DNA from: Candidatus Limiplasma sp.
GTDB taxonomy: Bacteria; Bacillota; Clostridia; Christensenellales; Aristaeellaceae
Assembly (NCBI GenBank): GCA_963664595.2
Contig: CAXXOK010000007.1
Span: forward strand, 293,287-357,286
Reading direction: 5' to 3'
DNA length: 64,000 nucleotides
Below the pieces are notes generated by a model. That model made no database searches. It was not told the DNA's origin and saw nothing but the letters and a program-made list of their open reading frames with translations. The first letter of the stretch is position 1, and the number at the start of each line of letters is the position of its first letter. The position numbers were made by a program, and so were the translations under genes. Of this stretch, positions 9,648-18,368 are shown piece by piece.

Positions 9648-10187
9648 ATGAAGAAAGCGCTGGCCCTGCTCCTGATGGCCGTCACCATGTGCCTGCTTAC
9701 GGCCGCTTCGGCCCAGAGCGTGGAAATATACAAGGAAGACGCCCTGTTTTATATCGAGATCACGGCGCCCAACGGCGCGCGGGTTGCCGACAGCACCACC
9801 GACGAGTTTCTTTTTAAAACCGATCTGGAGTACATCACTCCCGGCAAACCGACCGTAATGATTACGGCCGCCCCCGACGAACCCTACATCGGCCAGAGCC
9901 TTTCGGATTTGTCTAAAGAGGAAGTGGAGCTGATCATCAGCGAGATCACGGTGGAAATGGCCAGCCCGGACGTTGAGATCCGCGAAACGACCGGCGGCTA
10001 CGAGTATATCGTGGCCAACGAATCCACCGCCGAAAACGACACCTGCGATACCGTAACGCTGATCAACGGCTATTTCATCATGGTGCACGTATACTATGAG
10101 GATTTTTCCGAGCTGACCTCCGCGGACATGGAAATCGGCCCCGCCATTCTCGAAACCCTGAAATTTGTGGGCAATACCAACACCTGA
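9648..10187 (+). CDS. Secreted hypothetical protein
   Basis: The ATG at 9648 gives MKKALALLLMAVTMCLLTAASAQS. Acidic mature part with no recognised domain. Confidence 0.6.
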   Translation: MKKALALLLMAVTMCLLTAASAQSVEIYKEDALFYIEITAPNGARVADSTTDEFLFKTDLEYITPGKPTVMITAAPDEPYIGQSLSDLSKEEVELIISEITVEMASPDVEIRETTGGYEYIVANESTAENDTCDTVTLINGYFIMVHVYYEDFSELTSADMEIGPAILETLKFVGNTNT

Positions 10188-10230
10188 AATCCGCCCGCGC
10201 CGCAAGCTGTCAGTTTTTATCCGGTTGTGC

Positions 10231-10260
10231 TTGCGTTCCCGGGCCTTTATATGGTACAAT
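10231..10260 (+). promoter_or_regulatory. Promoter TTGCGT-18-(TGg)TACAAT upstream of rplS
   Basis: ttgcgt at 10231-10236 and extended -10 tggtacaat ending at 10260. Leaves an ~85-nt leader. Confidence 0.45.
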
Positions 10261-10345
10261 ACTCGTCGTGAAATTAACGGGCGGTCCTCTGCCTAGGTAC
10301 CAAGTCCCAGGGCACGAACGTCTATGAGGGAAGGAGGCACATGGA

Positions 10346-10696
10346 ATGAGCAATATTATCCGTGCCATTGAATCCGAACAGCTTCGCAGCGATCGTCCCG
10401 CGTTCAATATCGGCGATACCGTTCGCGTATGGGTGAAGGTTGTCGAAGGCGACCGTGAACGCTTACAGGCGTTCGAGGGAACCGTGATTGCCAAGCGCAA
10501 CGGCAGCATCCGCGAAACGTTTACCGTGCGCCGTTTGAGCTACGGCATCGGCGTTGAGCGTACGTTCCCGCTGCATTCGCCGCGCGTAGACCGCATTGAG
10601 GTTGTCCGCCGCGGCAAAGTGCGCAGAGCCAAGCTCTATTATCTGCGTGGATTGCAGGGCAAGGCAGCCAAAATCAAGGAAGCAAGCCGCTCCTAG
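10346..10696 (+). CDS. rplS: 50S ribosomal protein L19
   Basis: 116 aa with a near-canonical L19 sequence ([26 protein letters not shown]...TFPLHSP). GAAGGAGG SD. Confidence 0.97.
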   Translation: MSNIIRAIESEQLRSDRPAFNIGDTVRVWVKVVEGDRERLQAFEGTVIAKRNGSIRETFTVRRLSYGIGVERTFPLHSPRVDRIEVVRRGKVRRAKLYYLRGLQGKAAKIKEASRS

Positions 10697-10704
10697 CGAA
10701 AATC

Positions 10705-10732
10705 AGAACGTCTTAACCGGCGTTCTTTTTTT
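10705..10732 (+). terminator. Rho-independent terminator after rplS
   Basis: Stem agaacg(tc) / (gg)cgttct followed by T7. Confidence 0.75.
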
Positions 10733-10935
10733 GTGCCGCAAACAACCCGCAAGCCTCTCTGGCAGACGGGCATTTTGTTTGTTCCTTTTCAACAAAAATA
10801 CGCCTTATCTCCCGTCTCTGCGTACCCTGGCAATGGGACCCGCAGCCCAGTGTGCGCCTGCTGATTTCAGCCTGACGCACCCTGAGAACCGGGTGGATCC
10901 GCGTGTCAAATTTCATCCGGCCAATCCGCCGCGCT

Positions 10936-10963
10936 TTGCTTCTGCACTTGTTTGTGGTATAAT
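10936..10963 (+). promoter_or_regulatory. Promoter TTGCTT-16-(TGg)TATAAT for yerC-pcrA-ligA
   Basis: ttgctt at 10936-10941 and tggtataat ending at 10963. Leader of ~105 nt. Confidence 0.5.
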
Positions 10964-11076
10964 GACAGCAAGAAACGCTGTTATGATCGTGGTCCGCTAT
11001 CGGCGCCGCGGCGCGGTACAGGACCGGGATCAACTGATGTCATGCCGTATGGCAATACAAGCTCGGAGGTTCTATT

Positions 11077-11373
11077 ATGTTCATGCCGCGCCTGAAGAAC
11101 GATCAGACGGATCTGCTGATGCAAGCGCTGCTTACATTGAAATCCCCGGAGGACGCCTATCGTTTTTGCGAGGATGTGATGACCGTCAAGGAACTGGACA
11201 GCATTGCGCAGCGTTTGGAGGTTGCCGTAATGCTCAACCGAAAGGCGACCTACCAGGAGATTGCAGCAAAAACAGGCGCAAGCACCGCAACCATCAGCCG
11301 TGTCAACCGTTCGCTGCATTACGGCGCTGATGGCTATAACTTTGTGCTTGCCCGGCTGGACGAAGAAGTTTAG
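11077..11373 (+). CDS. yerC: YerC/YecD-family TrpR-related DNA-binding protein
   Basis: 98 aa with ...YQEIAAKTGASTATISRVNRSLHYGADGY. Conserved position directly upstream of pcrA. Confidence 0.85.
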   Translation: MFMPRLKNDQTDLLMQALLTLKSPEDAYRFCEDVMTVKELDSIAQRLEVAVMLNRKATYQEIAAKTGASTATISRVNRSLHYGADGYNFVLARLDEEV

Positions 11374-11382
11374 AGGTAACGG

Positions 11383-13686
11383 ATGAATTTGGATATGCTC
11401 AATCCCCAGCAACGCAAGGCTGCCGAAACACTGAATGGCCCTGTGCTTATTTTGGCGGGCGCGGGCAGCGGCAAAACGCGCGCGCTGACCTACCGCGTTG
11501 CCAATCTGATCGATTCCGGTGTGGACCCATGGCGGATTCTGGCCATCACCTTTACCAACAAAGCCGCGCGGGAAATGCAGGAGCGCATTGTGGAGCTCAC
11601 CGGCGACAAAGCCGAGGATGTGTGGGTGAGCACCTTCCACGCCATGTGCGCCAAGATCCTGCGCCGCGATATTGAAAAGCTCAACTACAAGCGTTCCTTT
11701 TCCATCTATGATGAGGACGACCAGAAAAGCGTGCTGAAAAACGCGCTGAAGTTTTTGGATATCGACGAAAAGCTGTTTACCCTCCGCGAGCTGAAAACAA
11801 AGATCAGCGATGCCAAAAACCGTCTGCTGACGCCGGACGAATGGTTTAAGGAATCGGCCAGGGATTTCCGCAGCCAGCAGATCCACGATATCTTCGTCGA
11901 GTACGAAAAGCGGCTGCGCTCCGCCAACGCGCTGGATTTTGATGACCTGCTCATGAAAGCGCTGGAGCTGTTTGCCGAGCATCCCCCCGTTTTGCAAAGC
12001 TATCAGCAACGGTTTTCGCATGTGCTGGTGGACGAGTATCAGGATACCAACTTTGCCCAGTACCAGCTGGTAAAGCTGCTCACGCAAAAAAGCCGCAACC
12101 TCTGCGTGGTGGGCGACGATGACCAGTCCATCTACTCGTGGCGCGGCGCGGACGTGCGTAATATCCTCGAGTTTGAAAAGGATTACCCGGATGCGACCGT
12201 GATCAAGCTGGAGCAGAACTACCGCAGTTCCTCCAACATTCTGGATGCCGCCAACCAGGTTATCCAGAACAACCAGGAGCGCAAAAAGAAACGGCTGTGG
12301 ACGGACGCCCCCGCGGGCGAGCTGATCAGCCTGTTCTGCGCGGGCGACGAGCGGGAGGAAGCCGCGTGGATCTGCGACCGCATTCAGCAGCTTCAGCTCT
12401 CCGGCGAGCATTATGAAGACATCGCCGTGCTCTACCGCACCAACGCGCAAAGCCGCGTGCTGGAAGAAATGCTCATGCGCGCGGGGATCCCCTACCGGGT
12501 GTACGGCGGCCTGCGCTTTTATGACCGCAAGGAGATCAAGGACATTATCGCGTATCTGCGCTGCATCATCAATCCGTCGGACGATATCAGCCTTCGCCGG
12601 ATCATCAACCAGCCCAAACGCTCCATCGGCGAAAGCACCATCCGGGAGCTTCTGCAGTTTGCCGCGGAAAGCAACGTACCTCTGTATACGGCCCTGTTGG
12701 ATGTGCCGGAAACCCTGTCCGCAAGGCCCCGCAAGTGCGTGCGCGAGTTCGGCAGCCTGATGCAGGAGCTGGTCATGGTATACGATAGTATGAGCCTGTC
12801 CGAGTTTGTGTCCATGCTGATCGAAAAAACCGGGCTGCGTTCACAATACGAGCATGATCTGTCCGAAGAGGCCAAGGCCCGCCTGGAAAACATTGACGAG
12901 TTCCTGGGCGCGGTCCGGGAGTATGAGCAGGCGGCGGACGAGCCCACGCTGAGCAACTATCTGGAAAACGTCGCGCTGATCACCGATATGGACCAGTCCG
13001 AATCCTCCGCCAAGCACATCACCCTGATGACCATCCACAGCTCCAAGGGGCTGGAGTTCAACACGGTGTTTATCGCGGGACTGGAGGAAGGCATCTTCCC
13101 CAGCGCCAGAAGCGTGCTGGAGGAAAGCCGTCTGGAGGAGGAGCGCAGGCTGTGCTATGTAGCCATCACGCGCGCCATGCACAACCTCTACATCAGCTAC
13201 GCCACGCAGCGCATGCTTTACAATCAGCTTAACATGAACGCCACCAGCCGCTTTGTCGGTGAAATTCCCAAAGAGCTTTTGGATAACGCCTGGATTTCCA
13301 AGCGTGAGCAGAACTTCCCCTACGAGGAAGGTAAGCCGCAGATGATGTCCCGGCAGCCCGAGAAAAAGCGCCCGCAAAGGCAAACGAGCTTCGGTGTTCC
13401 CCAGATCATCACGCACGGCGTGGGCATCGGGGCCAAAAGTACGGCACTGGGCATCAAGGGCGTTAAAAAGGGTTTCACACCCTCAGCCGCCAAAAGCGTG
13501 CCCGCCAGCGCGCTGGCCTCGCTCTTTCAGGTGGGCGATCGGGTGATGCACAAAAAGTTCGGCGAGGGCAATGTGATGGATATCCATGGCAAGGGCAGCG
13601 ACGCCCGCATCGTGATTTCCTTTGCCGCCTACGGCACCAAGGAATTTGCCCTGAGCATCGCCCCGATTGTGAAGGTCAACGAGTAG
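11383..13686 (+). CDS. pcrA: ATP-dependent DNA helicase PcrA (UvrD family)
   Basis: Walker A AGAGSGKT, plus FTNKAAREM, VDEYQDTN, QNYRSS and the C-terminal Tudor-like HKKFGEG motif. Confidence 0.95.
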   Translation: MNLDMLNPQQRKAAETLNGPVLILAGAGSGKTRALTYRVANLIDSGVDPWRILAITFTNKAAREMQERIVELTGDKAEDVWVSTFHAMCAKILRRDIEKLNYKRSFSIYDEDDQKSVLKNALKFLDIDEKLFTLRELKTKISDAKNRLLTPDEWFKESARDFRSQQIHDIFVEYEKRLRSANALDFDDLLMKALELFAEHPPVLQSYQQRFSHVLVDEYQDTNFAQYQLVKLLTQKSRNLCVVGDDDQSIYSWRGADVRNILEFEKDYPDATVIKLEQNYRSSSNILDAANQVIQNNQERKKKRLWTDAPAGELISLFCAGDEREEAAWICDRIQQLQLSGEHYEDIAVLYRTNAQSRVLEEMLMRAGIPYRVYGGLRFYDRKEIKDIIAYLRCIINPSDDISLRRIINQPKRSIGESTIRELLQFAAESNVPLYTALLDVPETLSARPRKCVREFGSLMQELVMVYDSMSLSEFVSMLIEKTGLRSQYEHDLSEEAKARLENIDEFLGAVREYEQAADEPTLSNYLENVALITDMDQSESSAKHITLMTIHSSKGLEFNTVFIAGLEEGIFPSARSVLEESRLEEERRLCYVAITRAMHNLYISYATQRMLYNQLNMNATSRFVGEIPKELLDNAWISKREQNFPYEEGKPQMMSRQPEKKRPQRQTSFGVPQIITHGVGIGAKSTALGIKGVKKGFTPSAAKSVPASALASLFQVGDRVMHKKFGEGNVMDIHGKGSDARIVISFAAYGTKEFALSIAPIVKVNE

Positions 13687-13707
13687 TCATCCATTAAAAA
13701 CCAACAG

Positions 13708-13731
13708 GGACGCTGCACAGCGTCCTTTTTT
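13708..13731 (+). terminator. Hairpin plus T6 between pcrA and ligA (partial terminator or attenuator)
   Basis: ggacgc-tgcaca-gcgtcc followed by tttttt. The ligA SD begins 5 nt later. Confidence 0.55.
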
Positions 13732-13746
13732 GAAAAGGAGCCGACC

Positions 13747-15816
13747 ATGGCCGAGCCGCAGAAACGTATGGATGAGCTGATCCAAAAGCTCAACGATGCC
13801 AGCAAAGCTTATTATACCGGCGCCGACCGGCAGGAAGCCATGAGCGATGCCGAATGGGACCGTCTGTACGATGAGCTTTCCAGGCTGGAAGCCGAAACCG
13901 GCATCCAGCGGGACAACTCCCCTACGCGCCGCGTGGGTGCGGAACCGTTGAAGGGTTTTCAGCCGCACCGGCATCTGGCCAGGCTGTGGAGCATGGATAA
14001 GGTGCAGAGCAAAGCCGATCTCAGCGCCTGGCTTGCCCGCACCGAAAAGCTGTATGAAACCTATCATGAAGACAATCCCTCCCTTCCGCCGCTCCAATAC
14101 GGTGTGGAGTACAAGCTGGACGGACTGACCATCAACCTCACCTACGAGGGCGGTTTGCTTACGCAGGCGGCCACGCGCGGCAACGGTATGGTAGGCGAAG
14201 GCATTCTGCCGCAGGCGCGCACCATCCGCGCCGTGCCGCTGTCCATTCCCTGGCAGGGCCTGATCGAGGTACAGGGCGAGTGCATCATGCGGCTGAGCAC
14301 GCTGGAAGCTTACAACCAAACCGCCGATGAGCCGCTGAAAAACGCGCGCAACGCCGCCGCGGGCGCCATCCGGAATCTGGACCCAGGCGTAACGGCGGCA
14401 CGAAGGCTGGACGCGTTTTTTTACCAGATCGGCACGATCGAAAACCCTCCCTATACCGATCACCCGGGCATGATCCAATTTCTGCGTGACAACGGCTTTC
14501 CCACCGTTCCGTTGCAAACCGTTTCCACCGCCCAGGCGCTGGACGAGGCGGTGGATGCCCTGGAAGCAACGCGCGAGACGCTGGATTTCCTCATCGACGG
14601 CGCGGTGATCAAGGTGCAGGACCTGCGTACGCGCGGGATGATGGGCAACACCGATAAGTTTCCCCGCTGGGCGGTGGCCTATAAGTTTGCCGCCGAAGAG
14701 GATATCACTACCCTGCTGGACGTTACATGGCAGCTGGGGCGCACCGGCAAGCTGACCCCGCTGGCCCACCTCACCCCCACGGATATCGGCGGCGTTACCG
14801 TGCAACGCGCCACGCTGAACAACTACGGCGATATTCTGCGCAAGAAGATCGCCATCGGCTGCAAGGTGTGGATCCGGCGCAGCAACGACGTAATCCCCGA
14901 GGTGATGGGGCGCGTGGGCGAGGCGGAGCCCGCCGAGCGGGAGATATTGCCACCCACCCTTTGCCCCGCCTGCGGCACGCCGCTTACGGAGCGGGGCGCG
15001 CATCTGTTTTGCATGAACCGTAAAAGCTGCAAGCCCCAGGCCGTCGCCCGCCTGGCGCACTTTGCCGGGCGGGACGCCATGGATATCGAAGGCTTTTCGG
15101 AAAAAACCGCCGATCTGCTTTACGACCGGCTGGAGGTGCGCGATCTGGCCGATCTGTATGGGCTGACCGTGGAAAAGCTTTTGCCGCTGGAAGGATTTCA
15201 GCAAAAACGCGCCGAAAATCTTATCAACGCATTGCAGGAAAGCAAGCATTGCTCGCTGGACGCTTTCCTGTTCGGTCTGGGCATCCCCAATATCGGGCGG
15301 AAAACCGCGCGTGATCTGGCCGATACCTTCGGCTCGCTGGACGCCCTGACCGCCGCCGACGAAGAACAATTGATCGCTATCCCGGATGTGGGCGCCATCG
15401 TAACCGCCAGCATTCTGGAGTTTTTCTCCTTCACCGAAAACCGCGATATGATCCGCCGCCTGCTGGACGCAGGCGTCGCCCCCGTGTATGAGCGCAGCAT
15501 CGCCTCCGATTCGCTGCTGCACCAAACGGTGGTTGTCACCGGCACGCTGCCCACGCTCTCCCGCCAGGAAGCGGAGGCGCTGGTCGCCGCCCATGGCGGG
15601 CACGCCGCCTCCAGCGTCAGCAAAAAAACCGCCTTTGTGGTCGCGGGAGAAAAAGCGGGCAGCAAGCTGCAAAAAGCCGAAGCGCTAGGCATTCCCGTGC
15701 TTACGGAAGCTGAATTCCTGCAAAAGCTGGGCACAGCGCAGGCTGAAAAGCCAGAGGACGCGCTCTCCCCGTCTCCAGAACAAGTTGCAAAAATCGTTGA
15801 TAGTATCAATTGGTAA
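13747..15816 (+). CDS. ligA: NAD-dependent DNA ligase LigA
   Basis: Adenylation motif VEYKLDG, Zn-finger CPACGTPL...C, HhH and C-terminal BRCT. 689 aa. Confidence 0.95.
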   Translation: MAEPQKRMDELIQKLNDASKAYYTGADRQEAMSDAEWDRLYDELSRLEAETGIQRDNSPTRRVGAEPLKGFQPHRHLARLWSMDKVQSKADLSAWLARTEKLYETYHEDNPSLPPLQYGVEYKLDGLTINLTYEGGLLTQAATRGNGMVGEGILPQARTIRAVPLSIPWQGLIEVQGECIMRLSTLEAYNQTADEPLKNARNAAAGAIRNLDPGVTAARRLDAFFYQIGTIENPPYTDHPGMIQFLRDNGFPTVPLQTVSTAQALDEAVDALEATRETLDFLIDGAVIKVQDLRTRGMMGNTDKFPRWAVAYKFAAEEDITTLLDVTWQLGRTGKLTPLAHLTPTDIGGVTVQRATLNNYGDILRKKIAIGCKVWIRRSNDVIPEVMGRVGEAEPAEREILPPTLCPACGTPLTERGAHLFCMNRKSCKPQAVARLAHFAGRDAMDIEGFSEKTADLLYDRLEVRDLADLYGLTVEKLLPLEGFQQKRAENLINALQESKHCSLDAFLFGLGIPNIGRKTARDLADTFGSLDALTAADEEQLIAIPDVGAIVTASILEFFSFTENRDMIRRLLDAGVAPVYERSIASDSLLHQTVVVTGTLPTLSRQEAEALVAAHGGHAASSVSKKTAFVVAGEKAGSKLQKAEALGIPVLTEAEFLQKLGTAQAEKPEDALSPSPEQVAKIVDSINW

Positions 15817-15915
15817 AACCCGTTCCATCCCACAATGGCCGCAGGCGCGCGGCGCCTGTTGACATAGTGTCCCGTTCCAACCTGTATGTTGATTACAAAT
15901 GAGGAGGGTTTCATT

Positions 15916-16701
15916 ATGGATTCTCTGGCGAAAAGTTTGTGGCGAAAGCTTACCGTTCTGATCGGGTTTGCCGCCACGGTTGCGGTCAACTGGCTGGCCA
16001 CCACCGGGCAAATCAACAATATCGGCACAGCGGCGGTATCCGCAAAGTATCCGACCCTGTTCACCCCCCAGAATTACACCTTCTCCATCTGGGGCATCAT
16101 CTACCTTTTCCTGATCATTTACGTGCTGTTCCAGCTGTTTTCCAGAAAGCTTGGAGAGAACAACAAGGTATCCAAAATCGCGTTCTGGTTTGTCGCGTCC
16201 TGCCTGTTCAACATCGCGTGGATCTTTGCCTGGCATTATGATCAGATTATTATCTCGGTCGGCCTCATGTTATTGCTGCTGTACAGCCTGCTGCGCATCC
16301 TGTCGCTGGTCGCCGGTCTGGAACACAATTTCCTTCATCTGATCGGTCTGGAGCTTCCGTTCGGCCTGTACGGCGGCTGGATTACCGTAGCGACGATCGC
16401 CAATGTCAGCGTGCTGCTGCAAAGCATCGGCTGGAATGGCTTCGGCCTTCCTGCGTTCCTCTGGCTGATCATCATGCTGCTGGTTGCCACCCTCATCGCC
16501 GTCATCGTTTCACGGGACAGCTTGAACGTCGCCTATCCGGCGGCGGTCATCTGGGGGTTTGTGGGCATTTTAACCCGTTATCTGCCGGATTTCTCCGTGG
16601 ACATCAAAAAGGACGCAATGTGGATTGTGATCACGCTTGGGCTGTGCCTGCTGATTCTGCTCGTCCGCTGGATTGATATCATCGCCCGCCGGGTCAAATA
16701 G
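15916..16701 (+). CDS. Multi-pass membrane protein, TspO/MBR-related (tentative)
   Basis: The ATG at 15916 follows GAGGAGGG. Trp/aromatic-rich TM helices (FSIWGIIYLFLI, NIAWIFAWHY). Family assignment is from memory only. Confidence 0.5.
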   Translation: MDSLAKSLWRKLTVLIGFAATVAVNWLATTGQINNIGTAAVSAKYPTLFTPQNYTFSIWGIIYLFLIIYVLFQLFSRKLGENNKVSKIAFWFVASCLFNIAWIFAWHYDQIIISVGLMLLLLYSLLRILSLVAGLEHNFLHLIGLELPFGLYGGWITVATIANVSVLLQSIGWNGFGLPAFLWLIIMLLVATLIAVIVSRDSLNVAYPAAVIWGFVGILTRYLPDFSVDIKKDAMWIVITLGLCLLILLVRWIDIIARRVK

Positions 16702-16734
16702 CCGGCCTTGTGCGATAACCGAAACAACCGCCGC

Positions 16735-16773
16735 GCATCTCAGGTGCGCGGCGGTTGCTTTTTGTTACCCAAC
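16735..16773. terminator. 13-bp GC-rich hairpin between convergent genes (bidirectional terminator)
   Basis: caaccgccgcgca / tgcgcggcggttg, followed by cttttt on the plus strand. Confidence 0.7.
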
Positions 16774-16798
16774 CATAATCTTTAATAATTCACAGGGT

Positions 16799-17539
16799 TT
16801 ATTCCTGCACAGGCTGCGACGCAGGATCGTACTGCTCATAATCGCCGTCAATGCCCATCAGCGTTGCCATAAGCTCCGCGTCCACCTGATAGGTAAACGT
16901 TACGGTTGCCGCGGGCTGCTCCTTGGGCTCAAAGGAACGCGCATAACGGAACGTAAGCACAACCGTTCCTTCTCCCTCGGCGTTGAAAATCCACGTATGC
17001 ACGCCGCCAACGCCGACCATGCCCTCCGCCGCGTCGGCCGCCGTGAATTCATCGTTCTCCAGCGACACAACACCCTCGGGCTGTGCCTCCACAGTCCACT
17101 CATATCCGGTGGTCGGGTTTTCCAGCAGGCGGATGACCGCTTTGTTGGGCATGTACTGCTCCGGCAGCCCCTCGGCCGCGGCAACGGTAACGTTCAGATC
17201 GGCATCCACGGCAAACGTATAGGTCACCACAGGGTCGGACGGATCGCTTTCCCAGCTGCGGGCATAGGTAAGTGTAACGCTCGCCTGTCCTTCCTTGAGG
17301 CCGGTTACGGACCACGCGTGCGTGCCGCCCATACCGGCCATGCTCTGGGCGCCGTCGGCCATGGTATAGCCGCCGTCCGCCACGGCCAGAATGGAATCGT
17401 CGCTCACAGCAACCGTCCACTCATACCCGGTGGTCGGGTTTTCATCAAATACTATGGAATACGGGACCGTTTCCCCAGCCTGCGCCGCGCCGCAGATCAG
17501 TGCGGTGCACATCAATAAAACCAGCGCCATTTTCTTCAT
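16799..17539 (-). CDS. Secreted tandem chagasin-type (I42) cysteine-peptidase inhibitor
   Basis: The ATG at 17539 follows GGAGGA. Signal peptide MKKMALVLLMCTALICGAAQA. The I42 signature ENPTTGYEWTV occurs twice, so there are two domains. Confidence 0.8.
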   Translation of the reverse strand: MKKMALVLLMCTALICGAAQAGETVPYSIVFDENPTTGYEWTVAVSDDSILAVADGGYTMADGAQSMAGMGGTHAWSVTGLKEGQASVTLTYARSWESDPSDPVVTYTFAVDADLNVTVAAAEGLPEQYMPNKAVIRLLENPTTGYEWTVEAQPEGVVSLENDEFTAADAAEGMVGVGGVHTWIFNAEGEGTVVLTFRYARSFEPKEQPAATVTFTYQVDAELMATLMGIDGDYEQYDPASQPVQE

Positions 17540-17735
17540 TCTGTCATTCCTCCGTCTATCGTTCGTGTAGATTACGTTGACTATCTCCGCGCTCATTATT
17601 AAAACGATTCTGCGTCGGATTTTCTTCAGGCTCTATTCAAATATTTTTCAACAGGCGGCGCTCCCTCAAACGCTCACAAACCCAAACCGGGGAACATAAA
17701 GCAGGTCGGTATACGAGGATACGACCGGCGGTTCC

Positions 17736-18368
17736 TCATTCGTTCTCATCGTCCGTATCCATCCCCTGCCCCAGCGCATCCCGGGCCTCGGCGTAACCGT
17801 AGCCCCGTCGCTGCATCGCCATGATGGCCTTGCGGCGGGCTTCCTGCACAGGCAGGCTGCGGTACCGTTTCAGCAGCTTGCCCGCCAGCGCAGCCGCGGC
17901 CGCATCCTGCTGCTGCGGATCCAGCTCCGCCAGCACCCGTTCGGCCATTTCTTCTTCAATGCCCTTCAGGCGCAGCTCCTGCAGGATCCGCGCCCGGCCC
18001 ATCTGCCGCGCCGCCCTGTCCCTCGCCCACTGGCGCGCGAAGGCTTCATCGTCCAGCAGGTTCTCGTTTTGCAGCTTGGTGAGCACCATCTCCACGGTGT
18101 CCTCCAGATAGCCCGCGTCGCATAGGCGTTTTTCCAGCTCTGCGGTGCTCCGGGCCCGCACCGCCAGCAGGCGAACGGCGCCGTTGAGCGCGTTTGGGTA
18201 TTGCTGCAGTAAAAGATCATGCTTGAATTCCGCAGGCTCCAGCGCATCGCCTTCTTTGTAAAAGAAGGTTTTCTGATCCCTGCGCGTCAGGCGCAGGATG
18301 CTTTGATCGCTCAGGGTCACGCGCAGGCCGCCCCGCACCTCGCGGATCTCCGTAATGGTTTCCTTCAT
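17736..18368 (-). CDS. recX: Recombination regulator RecX
   Basis: 210 aa, three-repeat helical RecX pattern (AVRLLAVRARSTAELEKRL..GY). Start overlaps the upstream stop (ATGA). Confidence 0.8.
   Translation of the reverse strand: MKETITEIREVRGGLRVTLSDQSILRLTRRDQKTFFYKEGDALEPAEFKHDLLLQQYPNALNGAVRLLAVRARSTAELEKRLCDAGYLEDTVEMVLTKLQNENLLDDEAFARQWARDRAARQMGRARILQELRLKGIEEEMAERVLAELDPQQQDAAAAALAGKLLKRYRSLPVQEARRKAIMAMQRRGYGYAEARDALGQGMDTDDENE

Noticed and set aside
10261-10345. L19 ribosomal-protein leader RNA upstream of rplS
   Set aside because: An ~85-nt leader exists and autoregulatory L19 leaders are known in Firmicutes. I cannot reproduce the Rfam consensus from memory and see no convincing mimic of the 23S L19 site. 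It needs an Infernal scan (RF00556).
10981-15672. Long minus-strand ORFs 10981..12450 (489 aa) and 13687..15672 (661 aa)
   Set aside because: They are antisense shadows of pcrA and ligA. Both have low-complexity R/G/A/Q-rich translations with no start-site signals.
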